A stretch of DNA of 64,000 nucleotides, from IMG/VR virus record IMGVR_UViG_3300035698_017437, positions 64,001-128,000 of that record; one strand, given 5' to 3'. Of the stretch, positions 38,400 through 49,054 are shown piece after piece. How positions within the stretch are numbered: position 1 is the first letter of the stretch; every line of letters begins with the position of its first letter. The position numbers and the translations under genes were made by a program. The notes below the pieces were generated by a model that saw only the letters and a program-made list of their open reading frames with translations, did no database searches and was not told where the DNA came from. The DNA is from a virus.

Positions 38400-38627
38400 A
38401 AATATTGTATTCTTTGTGTTTTATGTTTATTCCTCCTGAGTGGATGTGGAATAGATCCTCAAGGGGTAGAGGATCATGTAAGAGAAACCTTTCCTCATTC
38501 TAAGATAACACCATTATCTGATTATAGATTTCTTGTTGAATCAGCAGATGTTAAGTATCTTGTATCTTGTATGAAACCATTCAGTGTAGAAATTTCTTCA
38601 ATAAAAAGAGTAGATGATCTTGATTGA
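38397..38627 (+). CDS. putative lipoprotein
   Basis: LFLLSG-C lipobox. Confidence 0.6.
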   Translation: MKYCILCVLCLFLLSGCGIDPQGVEDHVRETFPHSKITPLSDYRFLVESADVKYLVSCMKPFSVEISSIKRVDDLD

Positions 38628-39120
38628 TCCTTTTTACACATTTAGGACAGAATATAAAAATATGAATCTAATTGAAAAAGACGAAAACATTTCCATTGAT
38701 TTAGAAATCCTTAGTACTGAACTTTACACTTCAGGAAAGGACCAAGTTCTAGATGAGATTGCTAATATGATTCTATACGCTGGAAATCTGATAGAAGAGT
38801 TATATACAGAACTAGAAAATAATCAAGCGGATTGTATCCTTTGTAGAGGATCTTATCCAGAGGAAAACTAAATGGAATATCTGAATTACGAAACAGGAGA
38901 AACTCCAGAAAAAGTAGAAACTCTTATTGATCCTAATAAGTTTGAGTTTGGTCCATCTAAAAGAATGGTTGAAGAATCTTTTGATGATTATAAACTCAGA
39001 AGAAAAAGAGAGAAATATCAAATGAAAATGCTCAACCGTAATGGATATTCCCGAAGGAATGCTTCTCAAGGAACTTATCAAAAATTTCCATTACAACCTT
39101 AAAATAAATGAGTTTATCCA

Positions 39121-39261
39121 ATGAAAACTAAAAAATATAATAAACAAGGTAAATTGGATAAACCCATTATTGGTAGAATTCCTGTTGGTCCTCCTACTAA
39201 AGTAATAGATGTTCCAAAGAAGGGGAAAGGATCTTATACCAGAAAGAAAAAACATAAATAG
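39121..39261 (+). CDS. ArfA-like alternative ribosome-rescue peptide (46 aa, not in ORF track)
   Basis: ends KVIDVPKKGKGSYTRKKKHK, matching ArfA KKGKGSYxRKxKH. Confidence 0.7.
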   Translation: MKTKKYNKQGKLDKPIIGRIPVGPPTKVIDVPKKGKGSYTRKKKHK

Positions 39262-39265
39262 TATT

Positions 39266-39814
39266 ATGAAAACATATAAACAACTAATACTTGAACTCAG
39301 TCATGGTAAAGCCGCTGTCTTTGCTAAAGATGCTCATTCTGGACAATATAGAAAACTCTCTGGAGAACCATATCTGGTTCATCCTAAAGAAGTAGTCAGA
39401 ATACTCCAAAGATCAGGAGTAAAAGATAAAAATATTTTGATTGCGGCCTGGCTCCACGATGTTTTGGAAGATTCAGATTCCTCTTATAATGATATCAAAA
39501 GAGAATTCAATAAAGAAGTTGCCGATCTTGTCAAAGAAGTATCTTCTATAAAGAAAGATCTCAACCTTGTAGGTAAAGAGAATTATCTTGCCAAGAAAAT
39601 GATTGGAATGTCAGATGGAGCCTTGTTATTGAAACTGTCCGATAGAATCCACAATATTTCTGATTTGTCCTCTATGCCAGGAGATAAGTCATTGAAATAT
39701 TCCCTCCAAACAAGATTTATGATGGATGAATTGAAAAACAAAAGAAAATTGAATAAATCTCACAAGAAACTTGTCAGAAAAATAGAAAAGGTTATAAACA
39801 AGTTTCTCCACTAA
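39266..39814 (+). CDS. HD-domain small alarmone hydrolase (SpoT/Mesh1-like)
   Basis: AHSGQYRK.SGEPY..HP, AAWLHDVLED, KLSDRIHN; N-terminus MKTYKQLILE. Confidence 0.9.
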   Translation: MKTYKQLILELSHGKAAVFAKDAHSGQYRKLSGEPYLVHPKEVVRILQRSGVKDKNILIAAWLHDVLEDSDSSYNDIKREFNKEVADLVKEVSSIKKDLNLVGKENYLAKKMIGMSDGALLLKLSDRIHNISDLSSMPGDKSLKYSLQTRFMMDELKNKRKLNKSHKKLVRKIEKVINKFLH

Positions 39815-39828
39815 AAGGGTTCTTATAA

Positions 39829-40227
39829 ATGAAGAAAATTATAGTATTATTCTGTTTGATGTTCTTTTATACATCCTCGGCTCAAGCATTCTTTTGGACT
39901 TATGAAGAAAAGGATCCTTATAATATCCTAATGTATGTTGAAGATGATATTGAGGAATGGTTATGTATTCTATATGAATTTGATACCACTAGATTCATAG
40001 GAATAGGAGATCAAGTATTCAAAGAATTTATTGAAACCCATGATCCTGAACCGATGCCCTGGAATGTATATTCTTATGAATGGGAGTGTTTACCTAGAAA
40101 TTGGGAATGGGCTTGGACATGTTTTGACACTTCTGATTGTAATCCTGTTCCTGAACCAGCCACATTGTTGTTATTTGCTATTGGTATTATTGGAATATCC
40201 ATAGGATATAAGAAAAGAATGAAATAA
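39829..40227 (+). CDS. PEP-CTERM sorting-domain protein
   Basis: signal peptide ending AQA; C-terminal PVPEPATLLLFAIGIIGISIGYKKRMK. Confidence 0.92.
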   Translation: MKKIIVLFCLMFFYTSSAQAFFWTYEEKDPYNILMYVEDDIEEWLCILYEFDTTRFIGIGDQVFKEFIETHDPEPMPWNVYSYEWECLPRNWEWAWTCFDTSDCNPVPEPATLLLFAIGIIGISIGYKKRMK

Positions 40228-40247
40228 ATTTAATTGAGAGATTTACA

Positions 40248-40736
40248 ATGAAAAGGATATCAAATGAGGTTATGAATGAAATTAGGACATATGGAACATT
40301 ATATGGATCAAAAGTGTTTGGTGGATATGTCAACGGTGTAAGTGACTTGGACTTTCTTATATCATATAAAGATTTAGATGAAAATTCTGAAATCAAGAGA
40401 ATGGTAGACTGTGGATCAACAGAAACATTCTATTCCGAAGGTTCAATGAAAAATTGTGAAGAATTCGTATCCTTCAAATCCTTTAATGATATGGAAACTC
40501 CTCCTATCAACCTTGTTGTGTTTTCAGATATAGAACTTCTTGAATCATATAAAGAAGCAACCAAGGTGATGATTGCTATGAAAGAGATTCCATCTATAGA
40601 GAATATTATCAAGAATAAGGAAAAGAGGATTCAATTGTTCCAATATCTAGTGAATCTATTAGATACTAGAAATCCTCTTACATTATCACCTACAAAACCA
40701 CCTACAACTTATCCAGATGATGATATACCGTTCTAA
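40248..40736 (+). CDS. minimal nucleotidyltransferase-like protein
   Basis: LYGSKVFG.....SDLDF; acidic DDDIPF tail. Confidence 0.55.
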   Translation: MKRISNEVMNEIRTYGTLYGSKVFGGYVNGVSDLDFLISYKDLDENSEIKRMVDCGSTETFYSEGSMKNCEEFVSFKSFNDMETPPINLVVFSDIELLESYKEATKVMIAMKEIPSIENIIKNKEKRIQLFQYLVNLLDTRNPLTLSPTKPPTTYPDDDIPF

Positions 40737-40758
40737 AATAAAATATTCTAAAATTTCC

Positions 40759-40796
40759 TGGCTCATGTTGATTTATTTCAATATGGGCCATTTTTG
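40759..40796 (+). terminator. rho-independent terminator
   Basis: tggctcatgttga/tcaatatgggcca + T run. Confidence 0.75.
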
Positions 40797-41122
40797 TTTA
40801 CTATAAATAATATTGAAATAAAACATGGAGGATTTATGTTAGAAAATAGAGATTTACCCACACAATGGAAGAGTGAAGTTGATATTTTAGGTTTGAGGGG
40901 ACAAATACTTCAAAAAGATCAAGAATTGATAAACAAGGAACAATCTATAGTTGACCTGAAATCTATAATTCTTCAAACAGAATCTTCTAGCTTAGTTGCT
41001 ATCCAAGAGAAACTGTTTTCTGATATCTTGAATGATTTAGATATAAAAGGTTCCATAAAAGGCATAAATAATGGATCAATTTCTATTGAAATTGAATAAA
41101 TCATAAATAATAATATAAGAAA

Positions 41123-41521
41123 ATGGAAAAAAACACTTGTAATTATCCTGACTGTGCTAGAGAATGTGGCGAGCATAGTCTAATGACAAATAGAGTTGCT
41201 AATGTCGAAAAGGATTGTGCTATACTCAAGAAAGGTTTTACTCCTCTAGCTCTTGATCAAGCAAGAAACCAAGGTAGAGTGAATACTTTCATGATGATAT
41301 CTGGTTCGGCACTTACAGTTTTATGTGGAGTGGCTTCAGTAGCTCTAATCCAAATAGCTGAACACAAAACCCAATATTATAATGACATGAAAGAAATGAG
41401 AGATTCCATTCATAAAGTTGAAAAAGAACATATTCAATCACTTACGGGAATATATAGAGTGATTGGAGATATATCTACAGATGTAAAAATATTACTAGAA
41501 AAAGAAAAATCAAAAGAATAA
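41123..41521 (+). CDS. single-TM coiled-coil late protein (possible lysis protein)
   Basis: one hydrophobic segment; CATAAATA upstream. Confidence 0.4.
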   Translation: MEKNTCNYPDCARECGEHSLMTNRVANVEKDCAILKKGFTPLALDQARNQGRVNTFMMISGSALTVLCGVASVALIQIAEHKTQYYNDMKEMRDSIHKVEKEHIQSLTGIYRVIGDISTDVKILLEKEKSKE

Positions 41522-41549
41522 CATTTATATCCATTAAGGAGAACAAATT

Positions 41550-43263
41550 ATGGCTATTGCTGACGATATTACTGTTGCCGCAAACGGTGACATTAGATAT
41601 GATGCTGGAATACACGGAGATGCCCTTGCCGCTTATTACCCAGTTATTGAATTTCATAGGTTTCTACAAGATTTGGCCGATGATGCTGTAGCCGTTGGAG
41701 ATGATCTTCTTGATATTCCTGATCTTACGCCTTCTGCCAGATCAACAGATAATATTATTGGACTTTTATCTCCTTATAATATTGACGATGAACTATCTCA
41801 ACACCTTTATGATGGAACTATTTCCCAAAATGGTGGTTGACGATGTTTGGGATGGTATTGTAAATTACGGTACCGAAGGTATTCATATTGAAATTATTCA
41901 AAACGCTTCTGTTATTATTGATGATTTCTGGAACTCTATTCCTAATGGAGAAACAGAAAAAGGCCTCAATCGTAACCTGACCGCTGGTATTTCTCATAGA
42001 TTTATGGTCAAAGTTATTTCAGGCGGATCTATTATTGATAATCGTAGACTGATTGGAACTAATAGAGAGTTTGGAAAAACTTTTGGTGAGTTCAATATTT
42101 CAGCTACATCAAACGGTAACAACACTCTTGCTCTTACTCATTCAGATGATCTGAATAACACCACTGCCGCTGTTACTGTTGGTGCTCTTGTAGGTATTTC
42201 TAATACCGAAGGTTATACTCCTATTGATGTAAATAATGATGGTACTCCTGAGTATTATTACTCAGAGTGGTTGAAAGGCGCTAATACTATCAATGATTTC
42301 TATGAGTATATGAAATGGCTCACTATGAGACAAGATGGTGTTGGAGCTACAATTTATGGACTTGAATCTGAAGTGTTTCGTGGCATTACACATGAAATTG
42401 ATCTTACAGATCTTGCTTCTGGAATTTGGGTTACATCTACTGAGGTAACATGGGCAGGTGGAACAGGACAAATTCTTGCTATTGATGATACTGCCAGCGG
42501 TTCAGCGGCCAAAATGTGGCTTCAACTTATGACTGGCGCTACTCCAACAGGAACTATTACAAATCCTGCCAATGGCGCTACTGCTACCGTAGGAACTGTT
42601 CTTGAGCGACCTCTATCCACACCCTTCGTTGGTGCTTCTACTGGTTCCGCTCTTATTGGTTCTTATGGCTTCGGTGTAACATATAACGATCTAAAGAACA
42701 CTGATAAGGTTTTCGATCTTACTAATACTCAAAGAGTTCCACCTAATAACGTGAAGTTTACTGTTTCTGGTGTTGTTCATGGTGAAGATAGAATTCTTAT
42801 TGGTCCTGATACTGGTGGCGGTGCTCTAGATGAAAGTCAGTTTACTCTTGCTACTGCTCTGGTTACTGATGATATCACTGCTGTTCAGGTCAATGTAGCA
42901 ATTCCTACAGATACTCCAGCCTCAGGAACAATTAGGGTTTATGATGATCTTCTTATTTCTCGTAGATTAGCATATACATCATATACAGGAAATACATTTA
43001 CCATTAGTTCTGCGGATGGTAATGAGGATTTCCTGGCCGATGAAGCTCAAATAGGTAACAATGTGTTTATTTCTTATGTTGATGCTCTTTATGATAATGC
43101 TGTTCCAGCAACTTATGAATTTACTGGTGTTTATCTTGCTGATAGAGATTTGTTCATTCGTGTTCGTGATGGTGGTGGTACTCCAATCAAGACATTTGAA
43201 GGTGGTGGTTCAATGAAATCTACAGATCAGAGTATTTCTGTAATTCGTACACCAGACGAGTAA
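41550..43263 (+). CDS. virion structural protein interrupted by a +1 frameshift at about 41838
   Basis: frame 1 ends ISQNGG*, frame 2 continues DDVWDGIV; G/T/D-rich; highly expressed codon style. Confidence 0.65.
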
Positions 43264-43273
43264 AGCAATAAAC

Positions 43274-43316
43274 AACTTCTCAACTGTCTTCGGATGGTTG
43301 AGAAGTTTTTCTTTTT
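43274..43316 (+). terminator. rho-independent terminator
   Basis: aacttctcaactgtc-ttcg-gatggttgagaagtt + T run. Confidence 0.85.
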
Positions 43317-43751
43317 GGAGATAACATGGCTTGGATAGATATTGTAGAAGTTCCTTGGGAATATACAACTACGCCTGAAATAGACGATGTGTATAATGCT
43401 CATAATTACACAAATAAGCATGATTATGGTATTCGGACAAATTCTGATGGTACCTTAGTATATGTTTATTGTAGACAGTTGAATAGAATAGAAGGTGTAG
43501 GTTATGGAGAGATAAAAGTATAAAAGACATGGAAGACACTCATACTTTACTACAGGTACACCGGACTATATCCCTGTACCCAAGACTCAGCAAGAGTGGG
43601 TATCTGATGGAGTTATCAATAATGATAAGCAGAGATACCTTACTGACTGCGAAGGTAAACCACCACAGATGTTAATCTACAAAGATCCAAGAACTGTTGC
43701 TGAAGATGCTGAAATTAAGCTCTTCATCTGATTTTAATAAGAGATATAACT

Positions 43752-46442
43752 ATGGCCTTTCAAACAGGATTTTCCAAATACGAAGGAACAACGGCTGCAA
43801 CTGATCATGCAATCAATGATCAAATACTCATAGATACTAAAGTAGATGACGTCTTACTTGCCAGTGTTGTCATGGATCGAGGGAAGGTTATGACTCCGTG
43901 GGGTGATGGTTGGACTGAACTCAAAAATACTATCAATTCGGGCATAGGTCATATTGTTATGTGGAAGAGGTGCACTGTTGACAATGAGATATTTCCCGAT
44001 ATCGTTCTTAGTGGGGCTGTAACAGCATCTGTGGAAATAGTTAAGTTTATAGGATGCTCAACAAGTAGTTCTCCTGTCGGTGCTACTTCAGATAATGATG
44101 GTGGTAGTACGACTCCAACATACTTATCAATAACACCTCAAGCTAAAAATAGTGCTATTATTTGGTTTGGTGGTCTTGATAGAAGAAATATGCTTACTGT
44201 TGGTAATAAGGCAGTATTAATGATAGCTGATAGTGCAGGAGCTTGTGGTATAACCGCTTACGAATTTTCCAATAGTATAAATCCCACAGGGGATGTGATT
44301 GGTACGGTGGACTCAGGAGATGGTTGGCAAACATTCGTAGTTGAAATATTGGATAATGTAGTAACTCCTAGAATACCAACATACTTTGAGAATATGGCTG
44401 GGGCAGTAATAGACAGCGGACTATACACTCCTGATGTGGATTTTAGGTCAGAGTATATGTTAAATGATACAACGATTGAAGGAGATCCAAGAGCAAATTA
44501 TACTTTTGATAGTAATAACATAACATCAGGAACAACTACTCTCCTTAGTGATGTTGACGGAAGTATTGTCAAAATTGATAATGATATATTTTCCATCCCA
44601 TCTGGAATGATGGACACGTATCAAGTAGTCGGAGCAACTCTGAACGTTCTCACGGGAAATCAAATAGGTGCTTATGAAATAACGGGCATTAGAAAAGACT
44701 CTCAAATAAATGTTGATCATATCTTTACAGAACTAGAGTCCGATTTAGAATATACGATAACAACAACAAGTGATTTAATAGAGCCTACCCTTGATGTAGA
44801 TCACAATATCAGAACCTTTCGAGCGACAGGAACAGTACCAACTGGCATGGTTGTTGATGAGTTCTATTATATCGCTATGATGAATGCTCAATATTGTACA
44901 GTATATAGTGCCGCTGGTACTCAAACACTAGCTGAGGGAGACTTATCACTTACAGGTGTTGCAGGAACTTGTAGTCTTGAAGAGTGTGGGATAGCCTTAC
45001 AGATTTCAAATGGAACAGAGTATAATCAAATAGACGCAGGGTTAAATGCTAACAAGAATGTAAGAGGTTCGGCTCACGAATTTACTACGCCAATAGATCT
45101 TACCGACCGCTCTATTGGTCTGAGAATTAAGTCAGGTGGAAGCAACATGGCTTTCTTTTCGTTTATGTTTATGGATATTAACGGAAACTGGAAAAATTGG
45201 AAGTTAGCAAAAGACCAAGGGGAAGAAGTAGACTTCTCACAGACACTTACTGCCCCAGACGGGAATGAGAATTTTGCGTCAAGTGGCGGTGTGTTTGACC
45301 ATACTCAGGTAAAATACTTTATACCTTTGTACAAAGATAATAGTTACACATCTACGGATACTATGTTTTTCTCTTCTTATTCAGACATTAACATACTAGT
45401 CGTTCTTGGTGGGGACTCTGTTGAAGCCGCAGATATAAAATCACTACAATCTTCATTGTGGACGCAACTGAAAGATACGAGTACATCTTCAGTTATCCAA
45501 TACAGTTTCTTGCATTCACTACAATTTGGTAATGGTACAGATGATTTAAGATTTGAAGATACAAATAAATCTATTGAGTTCCCACCATTATCAGATGGAA
45601 TTAATACATTCGGGATATATCTAGCAAGCTTAGGTGTTAGTTGGAAGTTGAAGGATACAGACACTTTAGACTTTACGAATAGTCAGTTATGTTCAGGTAA
45701 GCCCTTTGTTTTTTTGGCAGATCCAACAACGAATATAAACGCTGATTTATCCTTCGCTGGTATGCAAGTAATTCAAGGAACGCCAACATTAAAAGAGGGT
45801 GAAATACACGATAGTATCACTTTTATTGGTGGAGATGGTATTACTCATAATGATGCAACAATTAGTAATTGTACTGTTGATGGCTCTCTGAGAACAGAAG
45901 GAGCTCTAATCCTCACAACTACTCATAATATAACTGATAGTTTGTTTAAGAATATGGGTAATGCTATAGAGATAGATACGGCAGGAGACTATGAGCTATC
46001 AGATATTAAGTTTGAAAATAATACTAATGATATTAATGTAACAGCTACAACCGGAACAGTTACAATCAATGTACTTGATGGAGGAGATACTCCGACTTAT
46101 ACAACATCTGGGGCAACTGTTAATATTGTATCAGGTCAAGTAACTTTGACGGTTACTGTAAAAGACATCGTCACTGGATCGATTATTCCTCTCCTTGCTA
46201 GGGTTTATGTCTTAGCTGACACAGGAGGATCTTTGGCTGTTGATACTGTTATTATCGATAGAGTGCTAACAGATGCTAATGGACAAGCCTCAGACACAAG
46301 GTCATATCCTACAAGTCAACCCATAAAAGGTTGGGTTCGGAAGGCATCCTCAACACCATTTTATAAGACAGCTCAGATTGCTGGTACGATTGATAATGTT
46401 TCTGGTTTAAGTCTTTCAATCCAGATGATTTCTGATGAATAA
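43752..46442 (+). CDS. large virion fibre/appendage protein
   Basis: 896 aa, T/G/S/D-rich, beta-helix-like C-terminal region, in a late cluster. Confidence 0.6.
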   Translation: MAFQTGFSKYEGTTAATDHAINDQILIDTKVDDVLLASVVMDRGKVMTPWGDGWTELKNTINSGIGHIVMWKRCTVDNEIFPDIVLSGAVTASVEIVKFIGCSTSSSPVGATSDNDGGSTTPTYLSITPQAKNSAIIWFGGLDRRNMLTVGNKAVLMIADSAGACGITAYEFSNSINPTGDVIGTVDSGDGWQTFVVEILDNVVTPRIPTYFENMAGAVIDSGLYTPDVDFRSEYMLNDTTIEGDPRANYTFDSNNITSGTTTLLSDVDGSIVKIDNDIFSIPSGMMDTYQVVGATLNVLTGNQIGAYEITGIRKDSQINVDHIFTELESDLEYTITTTSDLIEPTLDVDHNIRTFRATGTVPTGMVVDEFYYIAMMNAQYCTVYSAAGTQTLAEGDLSLTGVAGTCSLEECGIALQISNGTEYNQIDAGLNANKNVRGSAHEFTTPIDLTDRSIGLRIKSGGSNMAFFSFMFMDINGNWKNWKLAKDQGEEVDFSQTLTAPDGNENFASSGGVFDHTQVKYFIPLYKDNSYTSTDTMFFSSYSDINILVVLGGDSVEAADIKSLQSSLWTQLKDTSTSSVIQYSFLHSLQFGNGTDDLRFEDTNKSIEFPPLSDGINTFGIYLASLGVSWKLKDTDTLDFTNSQLCSGKPFVFLADPTTNINADLSFAGMQVIQGTPTLKEGEIHDSITFIGGDGITHNDATISNCTVDGSLRTEGALILTTTHNITDSLFKNMGNAIEIDTAGDYELSDIKFENNTNDINVTATTGTVTINVLDGGDTPTYTTSGATVNIVSGQVTLTVTVKDIVTGSIIPLLARVYVLADTGGSLAVDTVIIDRVLTDANGQASDTRSYPTSQPIKGWVRKASSTPFYKTAQIAGTIDNVSGLSLSIQMISDE

Positions 46443-46463
46443 ATAGTATAAAGGAGAGAAATA

Positions 46464-47243
46464 ATGGATATAAATGATGTAGTAAGAAATGAAGTATCAA
46501 AGAGGAATTTTAGCTCACTAAGTACAGGATTGAAACAAGTGAGAAAAGAAAACACCGAAACACTTGAAAGAGTTTTATCTCTTGAACAAACTATTGTACA
46601 ATTACAACAACAAATCCAAATATTACAAACTCAAAACTCTATTGCTATGGCTGGAGGATTTGGTGAAACATTACTCCTTGTTGATGGATTAGGTATTACT
46701 TTAGATAATTCTCTTTATAGTATAAATATAGACACACAAGATTTAGTTATTGGTATAGGATCAGATGGAATCACCACAGAGTTGAATAATAAGGGAATTA
46801 GAATCAAGACAGCGGCAGATAGTTATGATATAGGATTACTTGCCGATAATATGTCAGTTGAAGTCAAATGTGGATCAACTTTAGTACCAGAAAATGAGCT
46901 TATGCAAAAAGTAGCAGGAGAAAACATAGCAGGATTTAGAGCGGTAACGGTAGATAATGAGGGTAGGATTATTCATGCCACTATTGCTAGAATATTGACC
47001 GGATTACCAGTTATTGCTATATCCGTTCAAGCTGTTGAGGCTTTTAGTTTATGTATTGTTACCGTTACTGGAGATGAAATAACAGAAAATTCTTGGGATT
47101 GGGATATGTCAGAATCTATTTATTTTACTGAAGATGGAATATTGACACAAGTTCCACCTACAACTAACTTTTTACAAATTGTTGCTGTTCCTCTTTCTCC
47201 GACTTCATTACGAGTTAGAATTGAACCTCCAATATTCTTTTAG
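46464..47243 (+). CDS. putative structural protein
   Basis: coiled coil plus C-terminal AGE.I...RAV...W.W....G.LTQ.PP domain. Confidence 0.5.
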   Translation: MDINDVVRNEVSKRNFSSLSTGLKQVRKENTETLERVLSLEQTIVQLQQQIQILQTQNSIAMAGGFGETLLLVDGLGITLDNSLYSINIDTQDLVIGIGSDGITTELNNKGIRIKTAADSYDIGLLADNMSVEVKCGSTLVPENELMQKVAGENIAGFRAVTVDNEGRIIHATIARILTGLPVIAISVQAVEAFSLCIVTVTGDEITENSWDWDMSESIYFTEDGILTQVPPTTNFLQIVAVPLSPTSLRVRIEPPIFF

Positions 47244-47253
47244 AGATTAAAAT

Positions 47254-47583
47254 ATGGCTGAAAAAATAACAAAAGTAATATATTATAGAGGAGACTCATA
47301 TTCTAAAGAGTTTACTATAACAGATGAAGATACAGATCTGGCAATCAATATCACAGGATATACTTTCACTTTAACTGTTGATAGTAAAGATACACCCTCA
47401 GATCCTCTAACTGAAAAATTTGTCACGTCTGGCACTATTGTTGATGCTTTGAATGGTATAGTTTCGTTTACTCCTTCCTCTGTAAATAATGATATAAAAG
47501 AATCTAATTATTATTATAAAATTAGAATGACTAGTGGAACTACCATAAGAACTGTTATCCGTGATAAGTATGTCATTTTATAG
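47254..47583 (+). CDS. BppU-like Ig-fold baseplate/fibre adaptor
   Basis: RGDS...F.I.D......ITGYT...G.V....YYY.I. Confidence 0.6.
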   Translation: MAEKITKVIYYRGDSYSKEFTITDEDTDLAINITGYTFTLTVDSKDTPSDPLTEKFVTSGTIVDALNGIVSFTPSSVNNDIKESNYYYKIRMTSGTTIRTVIRDKYVIL

Positions 47584-47791
47584 GAGTCCTTATGAAAAAA
47601 CATACATATTTAGAAGATGGGAAAACTAAAGCAGAAACATTGCTTTTAGGTACTTCCGACGATGTTGTTATAACGGACCCAGAACCTGGACATACTCTAA
47701 TATGGGATGGTAATGATTGGACCAATCAATTATCAACAATAACAGAAAATATTGATGGCGGAAGCTTCATATAAAATAATAGGAAAAAATA

Positions 47792-49054
47792 ATGAGCACA
47801 ATTCAATTACGAAGAGGAACTAAAGCACAATTAGATACCATTTCTCTTGCTGTTGGTGAATTAGGATATACTACAGATACAGACGAAGTGTATGCTGGTG
47901 ATGGAACTAACAATCATCTAATTGGTGGTGTAGGAGTAGGTTTAGCTTCAGGTCGACCCTCAGCAGGAGTATCAGGAAGAATTTATCACGAAACGGATAC
48001 GGATGCTACCCTTGTGGATGATGGTGTTTCTTGGGTGAATATTAGCTCTACCCTTGATCTTTCAACTATATCTGGAGATCTTGATGATATTGATGATGGT
48101 ATAGGATACGGTAAAGTATTACAAACAGAACTATCGAATGGTGTAGTTTCTCAAATCAATGATGAAACTAATGTTGTAACTGCCTCAGAGGCAAGAACTC
48201 ATATTGATTTGACTGATGGGCATGAATCTATAAATGATTCTGGAACTTCTACTTCAGAATTATGGTCTTCACAAAAAATTGGTGATGAGATTGCCACGGT
48301 AGTTTCAGGTATAGATCCCCAAGAATCTGTTATTAGTCAATTGAATCTTGTTACATCTGAACCAGCTATTCCAACTATTGGTGATAGATATATCAATACA
48401 GCCTCAGGAGACACCTCTACAACTTCCCAAGCTGTATTAGTCAATAACATTTATGAGTGGAATGGCTCTGATTGGACAGAAACAATAGTATCAGAAGGAA
48501 TGCATACTTGGGATGAAACTCTTGATTCTGCCTATATATTCAATAACTCTTGGGTAAAATTTGGATCAACAGTAACACATAATAATCTCTCTAGTCTCCA
48601 AGGTGGAACTACAGATCAATATTATCATGTTACTGCCTCTGAAAAAACTGTTGTATCTAACACTTCAGGAACAAATACAGGAGATCAAGCTTCAGGTGAT
48701 TTTGATCATGATTCTCTTGTCAATACACATAATCTAACAACTGATATCAACCACGCAACAATTACTGGTGGTCATAATCTAACAACTGATATTGATCATA
48801 ATAATATCACAAATAGTCATAATCTAACCACCGATATTGACCACGATTCTCTATTGAATTTTCAATCAGGAGAACATTTTCTTCAAGGAGCAATCAGTAT
48901 TCCGTCAGGGCAAATATCAGATTTCAACGAAGCTTCTCAAGATTCTATTGGTGGAATACTAACAGACACAGTTTCTATTGATCTTACGTATGATGATGCT
49001 GGAGGAACAATCAAAGCTGACCTATTGTTGGCTGATGGTGGTACATTTGTATAA
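47792..49054 (+). CDS. tail fibre protein with Mtd-N/hyaluronidase-N-like domain
   Basis: IQLRRGT......L..GELGYTTDT..V..GDG; HNLTTDIDH repeats; terminal DGGTF. Confidence 0.7.
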   Translation: MSTIQLRRGTKAQLDTISLAVGELGYTTDTDEVYAGDGTNNHLIGGVGVGLASGRPSAGVSGRIYHETDTDATLVDDGVSWVNISSTLDLSTISGDLDDIDDGIGYGKVLQTELSNGVVSQINDETNVVTASEARTHIDLTDGHESINDSGTSTSELWSSQKIGDEIATVVSGIDPQESVISQLNLVTSEPAIPTIGDRYINTASGDTSTTSQAVLVNNIYEWNGSDWTETIVSEGMHTWDETLDSAYIFNNSWVKFGSTVTHNNLSSLQGGTTDQYYHVTASEKTVVSNTSGTNTGDQASGDFDHDSLVNTHNLTTDINHATITGGHNLTTDIDHNNITNSHNLTTDIDHDSLLNFQSGEHFLQGAISIPSGQISDFNEASQDSIGGILTDTVSIDLTYDDAGGTIKADLLLADGGTFV

